Below, in pieces: positions 21,341-29,662 of a stretch of 64,000 nucleotides of DNA. A model generated the notes under the pieces. The model ran no database searches. It saw nothing but the letters and a program-made list of their open reading frames with translations, and was not told the DNA's origin. How positions within the stretch are numbered: position 1 is the first letter of the stretch; each line of letters begins with the position of its first letter. Position numbers and translations under genes: made by a program. This DNA is from Candidatus Multivoradales bacterium (GTDB lineage Bacteria; Acidobacteriota; Thermoanaerobaculia; Multivoradales; J023): assembly GCA_965248925.1 (NCBI GenBank), contig CBDFLE010000006.1, positions 4,512,001 to 4,576,000 on the forward strand. The letters are read 5' to 3'.

Positions 21341-22372
21341 TCAGCCGTCGAATTCGGCCTGCATGCCGTCCATTTCGGCCAGCCTGACGATCAGGTCTTC
21401 GACCCGCGAGCTGTAGCCGTACTCGTTGTCGTACCAGCTGATCACCTTGACCAGGTTGCCGCCCATCACCTGGGTGAGGGCCGAATCGAAAATCGAGGAG
21501 TGGCGGTTGCCGATGATGTCGGTGGAGACGATCGGCTCGGTCTCGTATTGCAAGATGCCACGCATCGGGCCTTCGGCAGCCGCTCGCATGGCGGCGTTGA
21601 TCTCGTCTTTGGTGGTCTCGCGTTCGAGTTCGAGGGTGAAGTCGACGATGCTGCCGTCGGGCACCGGAACCCGAAAGGCCATGCCGTCGAGTTTGCCCTC
21701 GAGTTCGGGGATCACCCGGCCGATCGCCTTGGCCGCGCCGGTGGTGGTGGGGATGATGTTGGTCGCCGCCGAGCGCGAGCGACGGAAGTCTTTGTGCGGC
21801 GCGTCGACCAGCCGCTGGGTCGAGGTGTAGGCGTGGACGGTGGTCAGTAGACCGCGGCGGATGCCGAAGGTGTCGTGCAGGATCTTCGCCAGCGGTGCGG
21901 CGCAGTTGGTGGTGCAACTGGCGTTGGAGAAGATCTTCGATTCAGGGGTCACCACATGATCGTTGACGCCGAGTACCACCGTGCTCTCCAACGGATCCTT
22001 GGTCGGCACGGTGACCAATACGCGACGGGCACCGGCTTCGAGATGGTCGTCGAGTTTGTCGATGTGACGGAAGACGCCGGTCGACTCGATGACGTAGTCG
22101 ACGCCGAGTTCGCGCCAGGGCAGTTTGGCCGGTTCGCGCTCGCTGAGCACCAAGAAGGGATCGTTGTCGATGGTCATGCGGTTGCCATCGACTTCGACCT
22201 TGCCGGGGTAGACGCCATGCACACTGTCGTACTTGAAGGCGTAGGCCAGGTGGTCAGCAGGGTTGAGGTCGTTGATCGCCACCACATCAAAGTGGCGGCG
22301 TTGTTTGGCGATCCGGGTCACCATACGGCCGATGCGGCCAAAGCCATTGATAGCGATCTTCGGGACGGTCAT
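21341..22372 (-). CDS. gap: type I glyceraldehyde-3-phosphate dehydrogenase
   Basis: INGFGRIGR, NASCTTNC, WYDNEYGY motifs; SD AGGAGG. Confidence 0.96.
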   Translation of the reverse strand: MTVPKIAINGFGRIGRMVTRIAKQRRHFDVVAINDLNPADHLAYAFKYDSVHGVYPGKVEVDGNRMTIDNDPFLVLSEREPAKLPWRELGVDYVIESTGVFRHIDKLDDHLEAGARRVLVTVPTKDPLESTVVLGVNDHVVTPESKIFSNASCTTNCAAPLAKILHDTFGIRRGLLTTVHAYTSTQRLVDAPHKDFRRSRSAATNIIPTTTGAAKAIGRVIPELEGKLDGMAFRVPVPDGSIVDFTLELERETTKDEINAAMRAAAEGPMRGILQYETEPIVSTDIIGNRHSSIFDSALTQVMGGNLVKVISWYDNEYGYSSRVEDLIVRLAEMDGMQAEFDG

Positions 22373-22493
22373 GGATTCCTCCTGGGTGCGAGAGCGGCTG
22401 AGCAAAGGCGCATGCTAGCCGCTAGCCGCTATGCCGTCCAGACTCCCGTGTTGTGGCCCTGGCGGGACAAAGCGGATCGCCTTTGGCCGCCGA

Positions 22494-23117
22494 TCAGCCG
22501 TCGGGCTCGGCCTCGGCTGGTGGGTCGCCGCCGCTGTCCCGATCCGCGGAGATAGACAGCTGGCTAGTGCTGAGGAAGTCCAGGTTGTAGCGGCTCGCCA
22601 GGTGGCCGATGCGGGCAAGGTCGATCTCGCCGACGATGTTGACGAAGAAGGTTTCGTTGTTCTCGGAGATGTACATCGCCGCCAAGCCGATGGTGCGGTC
22701 GCCATCGAGTTTGAGGAAGACGTGGCCGTAGTCGCGCTCGACACGGATGGTCATCGCTTCGACCCAGCCCTGGCGGCCCAGGTTGGAGGCCGCTCGATCG
22801 ATCTTGCGCTGCCACTCTGAACGCTGATCTTCGTCGACCCGGTAGACCCCGACCTCAATGGCTTCGAGATTGGCCAGCAAGGCGGATAGGTCCGGGTCGC
22901 TCTCGCGGGTGGTGCCGGCGAGCAAGCGGATCATTGGGCCCTTGATCGAGATTGCTACCTCGTTCTGCTCTTCGCCGACCCAGGCGGCGAAGTCGAAGAA
23001 GCCGGGGTGATCGGTGAGCTTGTCTTGGCCGCCGGCTGGAGATACCGCCAGCATTGCCAGAGTCAGGTAGAGGACCCACCTACCCGCGCCGCGCCGCCAG
23101 CTCGGGTCAGAGCGCAT
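22494..23117 (-). CDS. DUF4252-like exported protein
   Basis: signal peptide; HPGFFDF start and FVNIVGEIDL..I..L C-terminal motif; third gene of an ECF operon. Confidence 0.7.
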   Translation of the reverse strand: MRSDPSWRRGAGRWVLYLTLAMLAVSPAGGQDKLTDHPGFFDFAAWVGEEQNEVAISIKGPMIRLLAGTTRESDPDLSALLANLEAIEVGVYRVDEDQRSEWQRKIDRAASNLGRQGWVEAMTIRVERDYGHVFLKLDGDRTIGLAAMYISENNETFFVNIVGEIDLARIGHLASRYNLDFLSTSQLSISADRDSGGDPPAEAEPDG

Positions 23118-23736
23118 GGTTGGTTTCTCCGGCCCTGGACGAGCGGCCGCCGAGAGTGCTTACCGTCCGCGCAATAGGCGCCACTAGGCGGTGACCCAAC
23201 ACCTCCTCCGACACTTGGTGAGTCGCTCGCTGGCCGATTTGGCCGAGGTAGGCCAGGGCCAGTTTGACCTCTTGCTCGGCGCGAGCTACTTCGGCGTCTG
23301 CAATGCCGGCCGGCTGTTCTGCTGACGGCATCCACGGCAGCAAGATGGCTAGCACGGCTAGTAGTGCGGCACCGGCCAGAGCTGGACGCAACCATTTGGC
23401 ACCGGAACCGGCGAGCAGCGCTGCCAGCTGGGACCAGAATGAAGAGTGGCTCTGCGATGCTTGTGCTGAGCGATTGGCAGCGGCATGGGCCAGTACCGTT
23501 CGGGTCACTTGCGGTGGGCATTCTAAGGCTGGCAGGGCTTGTAGACCGCCGCGAATGCGCTCGGCCAGGTGCAGTTCGTCGCGCAGTGTCGCCGAGGTGG
23601 CCAGGCGAGCTTCGAATTGCTGCCGGGCAGCACTGTCGAGATCGTCGGCGAGATCGCCGTCGAGAAAGGCCTCGATCAAGTCGAACTCCTCGGTGGCGAC
23701 GGCACTGGAGTCGTCAACAGGCTTTGACATAGGCAT
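23107..23736 (-). CDS. membrane anti-sigma factor
   Basis: N-terminal anti-sigma-like domain (I.AFLDGDL...FEA.L) and one TM helix; overlaps the ECF gene. Confidence 0.7.
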   Translation of the reverse strand: MPMSKPVDDSSAVATEEFDLIEAFLDGDLADDLDSAARQQFEARLATSATLRDELHLAERIRGGLQALPALECPPQVTRTVLAHAAANRSAQASQSHSSFWSQLAALLAGSGAKWLRPALAGAALLAVLAILLPWMPSAEQPAGIADAEVARAEQEVKLALAYLGQIGQRATHQVSEEVLGHRLVAPIARTVSTLGGRSSRAGETNHAL

Positions 23737-24244
23737 TCACCTCGCGCAGTTGATCGCGGAGCTGGCGGCGTCCGCGGTGTAGATAGCCTTTCACTGTCCC
23801 CAGTGGTTTGTCGACCACGGCAGCGATCTCATCGTACTTCAGCCCCTGGATCTCGCGCAGGATCACAATGCTGCGGTAGGGCTCGGCGAGCCGGCTGACC
23901 GCGGTTTGCAGCCGCTGCCGGAATTGTGCTTCTTCGGCAACGGCTTGCGGATCGGCGCTGGCGGTCGGCAGTGCTTCGAGTTCCTCCGGCTGACGCTCTA
24001 CCTCGCGACCGCTCACCCCGCGGCGTTGCTTGCGGGCCAGATCACGGCAAACATTGCGGGTAACTGTGTGCAACCAAGCCGGCAAACCCCCCAAGTCGAG
24101 TCGCAGGCGGTGTTTCCAAAACCGGATCAGCACTTCTTGGGTCACGTCTTCGGCATCCTGACGGTTGCGCAGGGTGTAGTACGCCAGAGAAAAAATCCGG
24201 TTTCGGTGCTGGCGCACATGATCTTGAAACTCGACCGCTTCCAT
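23714..24244 (-). CDS. ECF RNA polymerase sigma factor
   Basis: DAEDVTQEV, WL..VTRN, EIQGLKYDEIA...GTVKGYLHRGR motifs. Confidence 0.93.
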   Translation of the reverse strand: MEAVEFQDHVRQHRNRIFSLAYYTLRNRQDAEDVTQEVLIRFWKHRLRLDLGGLPAWLHTVTRNVCRDLARKQRRGVSGREVERQPEELEALPTASADPQAVAEEAQFRQRLQTAVSRLAEPYRSIVILREIQGLKYDEIAAVVDKPLGTVKGYLHRGRRQLRDQLREVNAYVKAC

Positions 24245-24254
24245 CGTAGAAAGA

Positions 24255-24281
24255 AACGCCGCCGGGCGGCAAATAGTTACA
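24255..24281 (-). promoter_or_regulatory. putative autoregulatory ECF promoter
   Basis: TGTAAC-17 bp-CGTT on the minus strand, 10 nt before the sigma ATG. Confidence 0.6.
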
Positions 24282-24295
24282 GCAGGTGCAGCGGG

Positions 24296-24853
24296 TTACA
24301 GCTCCGCGGCTCGGTCCTCCAGGTCGAAGAGCGAGCGCTGCACTTGTCGGGCCTTCTCCAGTTCGAGCAACCAACGCTTGGTCTTCAGGCCATAGGCGAA
24401 TCCCCCCAGATGGCCCGCCGCCAGGACTCGATGGCAGGGGATGATCAGCGGAATCGGGTTGGCGCCGCAGGCCGCTCCCACCGCCTGAGCGCCTTTGGGC
24501 CGACCGCAGAGCGCTGCGATCTCGCCATAGGTGCGGGTGCGGCCGTAGGGAATCTGCGCCAGCGCCCGCCAAATGCGTTGCTGGAATTCCGAACCCGACG
24601 GCGTCAGCGGCAGATCGAACTCCTTCAAGTCGCCAACCAGGTAGGCAGTGAGTTGTTCGGCGGCCCGCTGGCAAGTCTCGTTGGCGGTGGCCGAGCCGTC
24701 GCAGTTACGGGCTTGGGGAGTCCATTTCACCCGCACTACACCGCGGTCGTCGGCCCCGATCTCAAGCGGCCCGTGTGGGCTCGGGATCTTTAGGCGGGCG
24801 ATGGGGTGGGTAGGGTTCATCTGCTGCGCTTGTCTGCCGTGCTCGGTTGTCAC
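24296..24853 (-). CDS. ogt: methylated-DNA--protein-cysteine methyltransferase
   Basis: GSEFQ..IW, IPYG.T.TYG, IPCHRV active site; start may be ATG 24820. Confidence 0.93.
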   Translation of the reverse strand: MTTEHGRQAQQMNPTHPIARLKIPSPHGPLEIGADDRGVVRVKWTPQARNCDGSATANETCQRAAEQLTAYLVGDLKEFDLPLTPSGSEFQQRIWRALAQIPYGRTRTYGEIAALCGRPKGAQAVGAACGANPIPLIIPCHRVLAAGHLGGFAYGLKTKRWLLELEKARQVQRSLFDLEDRAAEL

Positions 24854-24989
24854 TCTACCGAGCGCTAGATACTATTGCCGAGGCGTGGCGAAAAGTCGCC
24901 GCGCCGCGGCGTGAATGCTCGCGAGTCACGCCCATCCTACGACAAGAGAGAACGTAGAGCCGGCAGGCCTTCCCGGCGCGAGGATCGAG

Positions 24990-27188
24990 ATGACTAACAA
25001 AACTGCCAGCACAGCCGACACCGTGAACCCAGTCAAGGCGGTCAACAGCGAATCTCCCGGCCGGGTAGAGATCGAAGATGGCGTTGCTTGGATCCATCTC
25101 GACGATCCAACGAAAGGCGTCAACACCCTGTCGAGCCGTCACTTCGAGTGGTTCGAAGAGACTTTGAAGGCGCTTGCTGAAGAGAACTTGAAGGGCGCGG
25201 TCTTCGTCTCCGACAAGCCGGGCTACTTCATCGTTGGTGCCGACATCGAGGAACTGAACGGGCTCTCCGATCCAGCAGCGGTGCGGGCGATGGTCAGCCG
25301 GGGCCATCGTTTGATGAGCCGTTTTTCTCAGCTTTCTTTTCCGGTGGTGGCAGCGATCGACGGAGTCTGCCTGGGCGGTGGCCTGGAGCTCGCCCTGGCC
25401 TGCGACCTGCGGGTCGCGACCGAAGCCAAACACACCAAACTCGGCCTGCCGGAGGTGCAACTCGGCCTGATTCCCGGTTTGGGTGGCACCCAGCGCTTGC
25501 CGCGGTTGATCGGCGTGCCCGATGCCCTGGAGATGATTCTCACGGGCCGCCAAGTGGTGGCCAAGAAAGCCAAGCGCTTGGGCTTGGTCGACGAACTCTG
25601 CCATCCGTTGGTGCTGCGCCAGGCAGCTATGAAGCTGATTTCCTGGGGCAAACCGTCGCGGCCTGGCTACCGTGGCCCAAACCGTAGCGTGGTCAAGAGC
25701 AAGAAGAGCCTGAGCAAGCGAGCGGGAGATTTTCTCGCCCACACTCCGGGTGCCCGCCGGTTGGTTTATGACAAAGCCCGCGAGAGCGTTTTGAAGAAAT
25801 CCGGCGGCCACTATCCGGCGCCACTCCGCGCTATTGAGGTGGTGCGTGATGGCCTCGATCTGTCGCTGGCCAAGGGCTTGGAACTCGAAGGCAACGCCTT
25901 CGCCGAACTGGTGGTGACGGATGTTGCCAAGGGTTTGATCTCAATTTTCTTTGCCAAGAACGATGTCGAGGGGCGGGCCAAGAAGACTGCCAAGAAGGCT
26001 CGCCAAGTCGAGCGGATCGGTGTCTTGGGGGCCGGTTTCATGGGTTCTGGCATTGCCCAGCTGCTATCCCATCGCGGCTATCAAGTGGTGTTGAAAGACC
26101 GTGATGCGGCCTCGGTGGGCCGCGGCCTGAAGCATTGCCATGGTCTCTTCGACGGTCTGCGCAAGCGGCGCAAGTACACTGAGGTCGAGGTTAAGACGGC
26201 GATGAGCCGCATTCAGCCGGCGGTGGATTACAGCACCTTCGGCAAGTTGCCGCTGGTGATCGAGGCGGTCTTCGAGGATGTGAAGGTCAAGCACCAGGTC
26301 ATCCGCGAGGTCGAAGTGGCGGCCTCCGACGGGGTGATCATCGCTTCCAACACCTCGACCCTGCCGATCACCCAGTTGGCCGCGGGCTCGAAGCAGCCCG
26401 AGAACATCGTCGGCATGCATTTCTTCAGTCCGGTACACAAGATGCCGCTACTGGAGATCATCCGCCACCCAAAGATCTCGGCCGAGGCGTTGGCGACGGT
26501 GGTCGACATCGGCAACAAGATGGGCAAGACGGTGATCGTGGTGGGTGACGGGCCGGGCTTCTTCACCAGCCGGGTGCTGGGTCCCTTCGTCAACGAGGCG
26601 CTATGGTGCTTATGGGAAGGTGCCCGCATCGATCAGATCGACCAGGCGCTAACTGGCTGGGGCTGGCCGGTAGGGCCGTTGGCCTTGCTCGACGAGGTGG
26701 GTATCGATATCGCTCACCACGCTGGCCAGGTGATGATGGCAGCCGCCGGCAGCCGCGCCCAGCCGTCGCCGGTATTCAAGCATATGGTCGAGACTGGCCG
26801 CACCGGCCGCAAGGGCAAGCGCGGCTTCTACGACTACCGCAAAAAGCCCAAGCGGGTCGACGAGTCGGTCTACGAGATGATCGCTTGGGACGAAGAGAAA
26901 ATTGCCAACCAGGAGATCGTCGAACGCTGCTGGATGCAGATGCTCAACGAGGTAGCTCGCACCATCGAAGACGGGGTGATCGAGAACCCGGTCGATATCG
27001 ACCTGGGAGTGATCTTCGGTTTCGGTTTCCCCCCCTTCCGCGGCGGCATCCTGCGCCAGGCCGACAAGCTCGGCCTAGACCACATCGTGGGTCGGCTGAA
27101 GCACTACGCCGACCGCCATGGCGAGAGGCTCGAGCCAGCCCAGTTGCTGGTCGACATGGCGGCCCGGGGGAAGCGGTTTTACGAGTGA
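24990..27188 (+). CDS. fadJ: fatty-acid oxidation complex alpha subunit (enoyl-CoA hydratase / 3-hydroxyacyl-CoA dehydrogenase)
   Basis: GADI, CLGGGLELALAC, GLPEVQLG, GAGFMG, SNTSTLPI, GMHFFSPV, FPPFRGG motifs. Confidence 0.93.
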   Translation: MTNKTASTADTVNPVKAVNSESPGRVEIEDGVAWIHLDDPTKGVNTLSSRHFEWFEETLKALAEENLKGAVFVSDKPGYFIVGADIEELNGLSDPAAVRAMVSRGHRLMSRFSQLSFPVVAAIDGVCLGGGLELALACDLRVATEAKHTKLGLPEVQLGLIPGLGGTQRLPRLIGVPDALEMILTGRQVVAKKAKRLGLVDELCHPLVLRQAAMKLISWGKPSRPGYRGPNRSVVKSKKSLSKRAGDFLAHTPGARRLVYDKARESVLKKSGGHYPAPLRAIEVVRDGLDLSLAKGLELEGNAFAELVVTDVAKGLISIFFAKNDVEGRAKKTAKKARQVERIGVLGAGFMGSGIAQLLSHRGYQVVLKDRDAASVGRGLKHCHGLFDGLRKRRKYTEVEVKTAMSRIQPAVDYSTFGKLPLVIEAVFEDVKVKHQVIREVEVAASDGVIIASNTSTLPITQLAAGSKQPENIVGMHFFSPVHKMPLLEIIRHPKISAEALATVVDIGNKMGKTVIVVGDGPGFFTSRVLGPFVNEALWCLWEGARIDQIDQALTGWGWPVGPLALLDEVGIDIAHHAGQVMMAAAGSRAQPSPVFKHMVETGRTGRKGKRGFYDYRKKPKRVDESVYEMIAWDEEKIANQEIVERCWMQMLNEVARTIEDGVIENPVDIDLGVIFGFGFPPFRGGILRQADKLGLDHIVGRLKHYADRHGERLEPAQLLVDMAARGKRFYE

Positions 27189-27232
27189 AGAACGACGCTA
27201 GGGTAACTAGCACTCGTTCGTTCCACACTTGT

Positions 27233-27568
27233 TCAGCTGTCTAGCGCTCGCTGAATAAGCAGCTCTTCCAGGTCGCGGCGGCCGTCGAGCACGCCGAGAA
27301 CAACGACCTTGTCGCCGACGATGCGGAAGGGTAGCCGGTAGTTTCCGACTAGTAGCTCGCGGTAGTCGAGGCCCAGCTCTCTGAGTTCAGGAAGCTGCCG
27401 GCAGCGGTGAGGGTGGAGGGTCAGGTGGCCCAGCCGCTGGCGCAGGTCCTGGTGCAGATTTTTTGCCTGGCCACGGCCGAAATTCGCTGCGGCGTAGTCG
27501 ATCAGGAGCACCAAGTCGCGGGTTGCTGAGCGCGACCAGGTAACTTGATAGCGCTCAGTCTTCGGCAT
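27233..27568 (-). CDS. RelE/ParE family toxin
   Basis: YQVTWS.SA..DL, R...EL, YRELL, VLGVLDGRRDL; overlaps the antitoxin gene. Confidence 0.88.
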   Translation of the reverse strand: MPKTERYQVTWSRSATRDLVLLIDYAAANFGRGQAKNLHQDLRQRLGHLTLHPHRCRQLPELRELGLDYRELLVGNYRLPFRIVGDKVVVLGVLDGRRDLEELLIQRALDS

Positions 27569-27842
27569 CCGGGGCCTCGAGGCGTTCATTGATCAGCGCA
27601 TCGACTTCAGCGTGACTCAGCACCTCCCCGCGTTGGTATTGCCTCTCACCCTGGGCCAGGAGCTTCAACATCAGCAGCTGATTGCGTTGGCGCTGAAACG
27701 TCTCAACATCCTGCAGCACGCAGGTCGGCTTGCCGTTCTGGGTGACGATCAGCGGCCTTCCACTTTCTCGAACACCGCGAATCAACTCTGCGGCACGAGT
27801 CCTGAGCGCGGTGATTGGCTCGATTCCCTTGGCGTAGTCCAT
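27555..27842 (-). CDS. Phd/YefM family antitoxin
   Basis: IEPITALR..AAELI, P.IVTQNGKP..VL; SD GGAGG. Confidence 0.88.
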   Translation of the reverse strand: MDYAKGIEPITALRTRAAELIRGVRESGRPLIVTQNGKPTCVLQDVETFQRQRNQLLMLKLLAQGERQYQRGEVLSHAEVDALINERLEAPDAED

Positions 27843-27939
27843 GAATGACCTCCGGACTGAATTTAGCATCATATTCGGGGCCAGGGCCACGAAAGTGCCA
27901 AGTGGCACCGTCAAGTGAATTGCTCGATCCAGGTCGCCC

Positions 27940-28230
27940 TGGAGGGGATTGGGCGACTTCCAGCCCAGCCGCTAACACCTGCTATCAGGCAGGCCAAGAC
28001 CGAAGAGGGCGGAGCCTGGATTCATCTCGACGATTCCTATCGAAGATGGAGTGATCTTCGGTTTCGGCTTCCCCCCCTTCCGCGGCGGCATCCTGCGCCA
28101 GGCCGACAAGCTCGGCTTAGACCACATCGTTGGGCGGCTGAAGCACTACGCCGACCGCCATGGCGAGAGGCTCGAGCCAGCCGAGTTGCTGGTGGATATG
28201 GCAGCTAAAGGGAAGCGGTTCTACGAGTAG
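27940..28230 (+). pseudogene. internally deleted relic of a second fadJ copy (5' fragment fused to the 183-bp 3' end)
   Basis: 28048-28230 matches 27006-27188 with about 15 mismatches in 183 bp; 28001-28036 (EEGGAWIHLDD) matches fadJ 25073-25108 (EDGVAWIHLDD). Confidence 0.88.
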
Positions 28231-28248
28231 AGAACGGCTCGGAAACCA

Positions 28249-28590
28249 TCAAGCAGCGAACATCTCTTGCAGAATTCGCAGTGATTCGTCGAGCGCTTGG
28301 GGCGACAGCTGGCCGAGTCTCCGGGTTAATCGCCCGCGATCCACGGTGCGGATCTGGTCGAGAACTACGTGGCCATCCTTGCCTTGGAAGCGGTATTGGA
28401 CGCGGAAAGGGTAGGTGTGACTGCCGCTGGTGAGGGGGGCAACGATGTAGGTCTGAGTGTAGGTGTTGATTTCATTTGGCGACACCACGACGCACGGCCT
28501 CATTTTTCTGATCTCACGGCTGTGGGTTGGATCGAGGGCAACCAAGTACACCTGGCCGCGGCGTACGGCGCTAACCCTCACCACTGCCAT
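28249..28590 (-). CDS. mazF: MazF/PemK family toxin
   Basis: RRGQVYLV.LDP, EIRK.RP.VVVS, VAPLTS, DQIRTVD..RL. Confidence 0.92.
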   Translation of the reverse strand: MAVVRVSAVRRGQVYLVALDPTHSREIRKMRPCVVVSPNEINTYTQTYIVAPLTSGSHTYPFRVQYRFQGKDGHVVLDQIRTVDRGRLTRRLGQLSPQALDESLRILQEMFAA

Positions 28591-28826
28591 TCTTCACTAT
28601 CAAAGTGCGTCGCTACAGGACTATCCAGCAGCTCGTCTTCGTCTCGACTTGCCATGGACTGCGCAGCCTTTGCCCAGCCTTGGCGGGGCCGTTCGGCCCG
28701 GCTGATCACTATTTCCCCTTGCCGCAGCTTGAGTTCGACCTCCTCGGCCAGGCCGGCCTCTTCGATGAAGGCTTTCGGCAGGCGAACTCCCCTTGAATTT
28801 CCAATTCTGACGAGCTTGGCCTTCAT
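28578..28826 (-). CDS. mazE: MazE/AbrB family antitoxin
   Basis: IGNSRGVRLPK AbrB motif and PRQGW...EWQW tail; SD GGAGG. Confidence 0.9.
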   Translation of the reverse strand: MKAKLVRIGNSRGVRLPKAFIEEAGLAEEVELKLRQGEIVISRAERPRQGWAKAAQSMASRDEDELLDSPVATHFDSEEWQW

Positions 28827-28840
28827 TACAGAGCCTCCGC

Positions 28841-28879
28841 GTGTAATCACATGGTAATTACTTTACGCAAAGGCGTCAA
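28841..28879 (-). promoter_or_regulatory. mazEF promoter with overlapping palindromic operator
   Basis: TTGACG-17 bp-TACCAT on the minus strand; GTAATTAC and GTGATTAC boxes flank the -10. Confidence 0.75.
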
Positions 28880-28913
28880 GCAGGTCAACGCGGGGGCAGC
28901 TCAGCGAAATCGC

Positions 28914-29339
28914 TCAGTCCCTGAAAGGGTTGAAGATCCTCAGTCCAGCGATCTTCTGGTCGTGCTGTAAATCTTCGCTGTAGAGGATCTCGCATTCGGC
29001 GTGCAGAGCAGCGGCGACGATCAGCGAGTCGTAGAACGAATAGCGCCAACGCTGCTGGAGGTCGAGGGCTGAATGATAGAGTTCTCGTGAGGGATAGACC
29101 TCGCACAGGGGTTGCAAGACCTCGTCGAGATAGCGATGAGTTTCCGCCGTGGTTAGCGGCTGTTCAAACTTGCGAAGCGCTACGTTGAGCCACTCTTGCA
29201 CCACCTGAAAGCTGATCACTCCTCGGCCTTCCGACAATGCCTGACGCACGAGTTCTAGCGCCTTGGCCTGCTTGGTGGCCGCGGAGGGATCGAAGGTGTA
29301 GGCGAGAATGTTGGTGTCGAGAAAGAATCTAGCGCTCAT
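28914..29339 (-). CDS. vapC: VapC PIN-domain toxin
   Basis: FLDTNIL, SFQVVQE, SFYDSLIVAAA, LYSEDLQH...NPF. Confidence 0.92.
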   Translation of the reverse strand: MSARFFLDTNILAYTFDPSAATKQAKALELVRQALSEGRGVISFQVVQEWLNVALRKFEQPLTTAETHRYLDEVLQPLCEVYPSRELYHSALDLQQRWRYSFYDSLIVAAALHAECEILYSEDLQHDQKIAGLRIFNPFRD

Positions 29340-29550
29340 TCATCTCGTCCCGACTGAATCGCCGGCCGGCCTTGACATGGGCCAGATCCTCCATAAGAGC
29401 ATCAAATCGACTCGACGATCGACCGCTTTGGCCGTAGCGTGCTAGCCACTGGCGAAAAGCCTGATTCAGGCTAGTGTGCTCTCGAACCGCGCGCTCGCGG
29501 GCGGCCCGGATCAAGGCCACGTCAGCGCTCAAAGTGATGTTCTTGGTCAT
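29329..29550 (-). CDS. VapB-type RHH antitoxin
   Basis: KNITLSAD..LI..AR...TSLN..FR.WL and FSRDEMNER tail; overlaps vapC. Confidence 0.8.
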   Translation of the reverse strand: MTKNITLSADVALIRAARERAVREHTSLNQAFRQWLARYGQSGRSSSRFDALMEDLAHVKAGRRFSRDEMNER

Positions 29551-29662
29551 CTTCAGGCTCCTAGACGATTCCAATTTCAAGCAAATCGAATCTGTCACAC
29601 TATTCTAGTGCGCACAAGTGCATCGTCTGCCGCCAGCGTTACGAGAGTACCGACTGGCGTCG

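Noticed and set aside
27006-28230. fadJ 3' repeat as a diversity-generating retroelement TR/VR pair
   Set aside because: Mismatches are mostly synonymous and not confined to adenines, and there is no reverse transcriptase in the window
28880-28913. possible third fadJ remnant between mazE and vapC
   Set aside because: Only about 10 bp of similarity, which is expected by chance in GC-rich DNA
27233-29610. TA array as integron cassettes
   Set aside because: I could not identify attC-like sites or an integrase by eye
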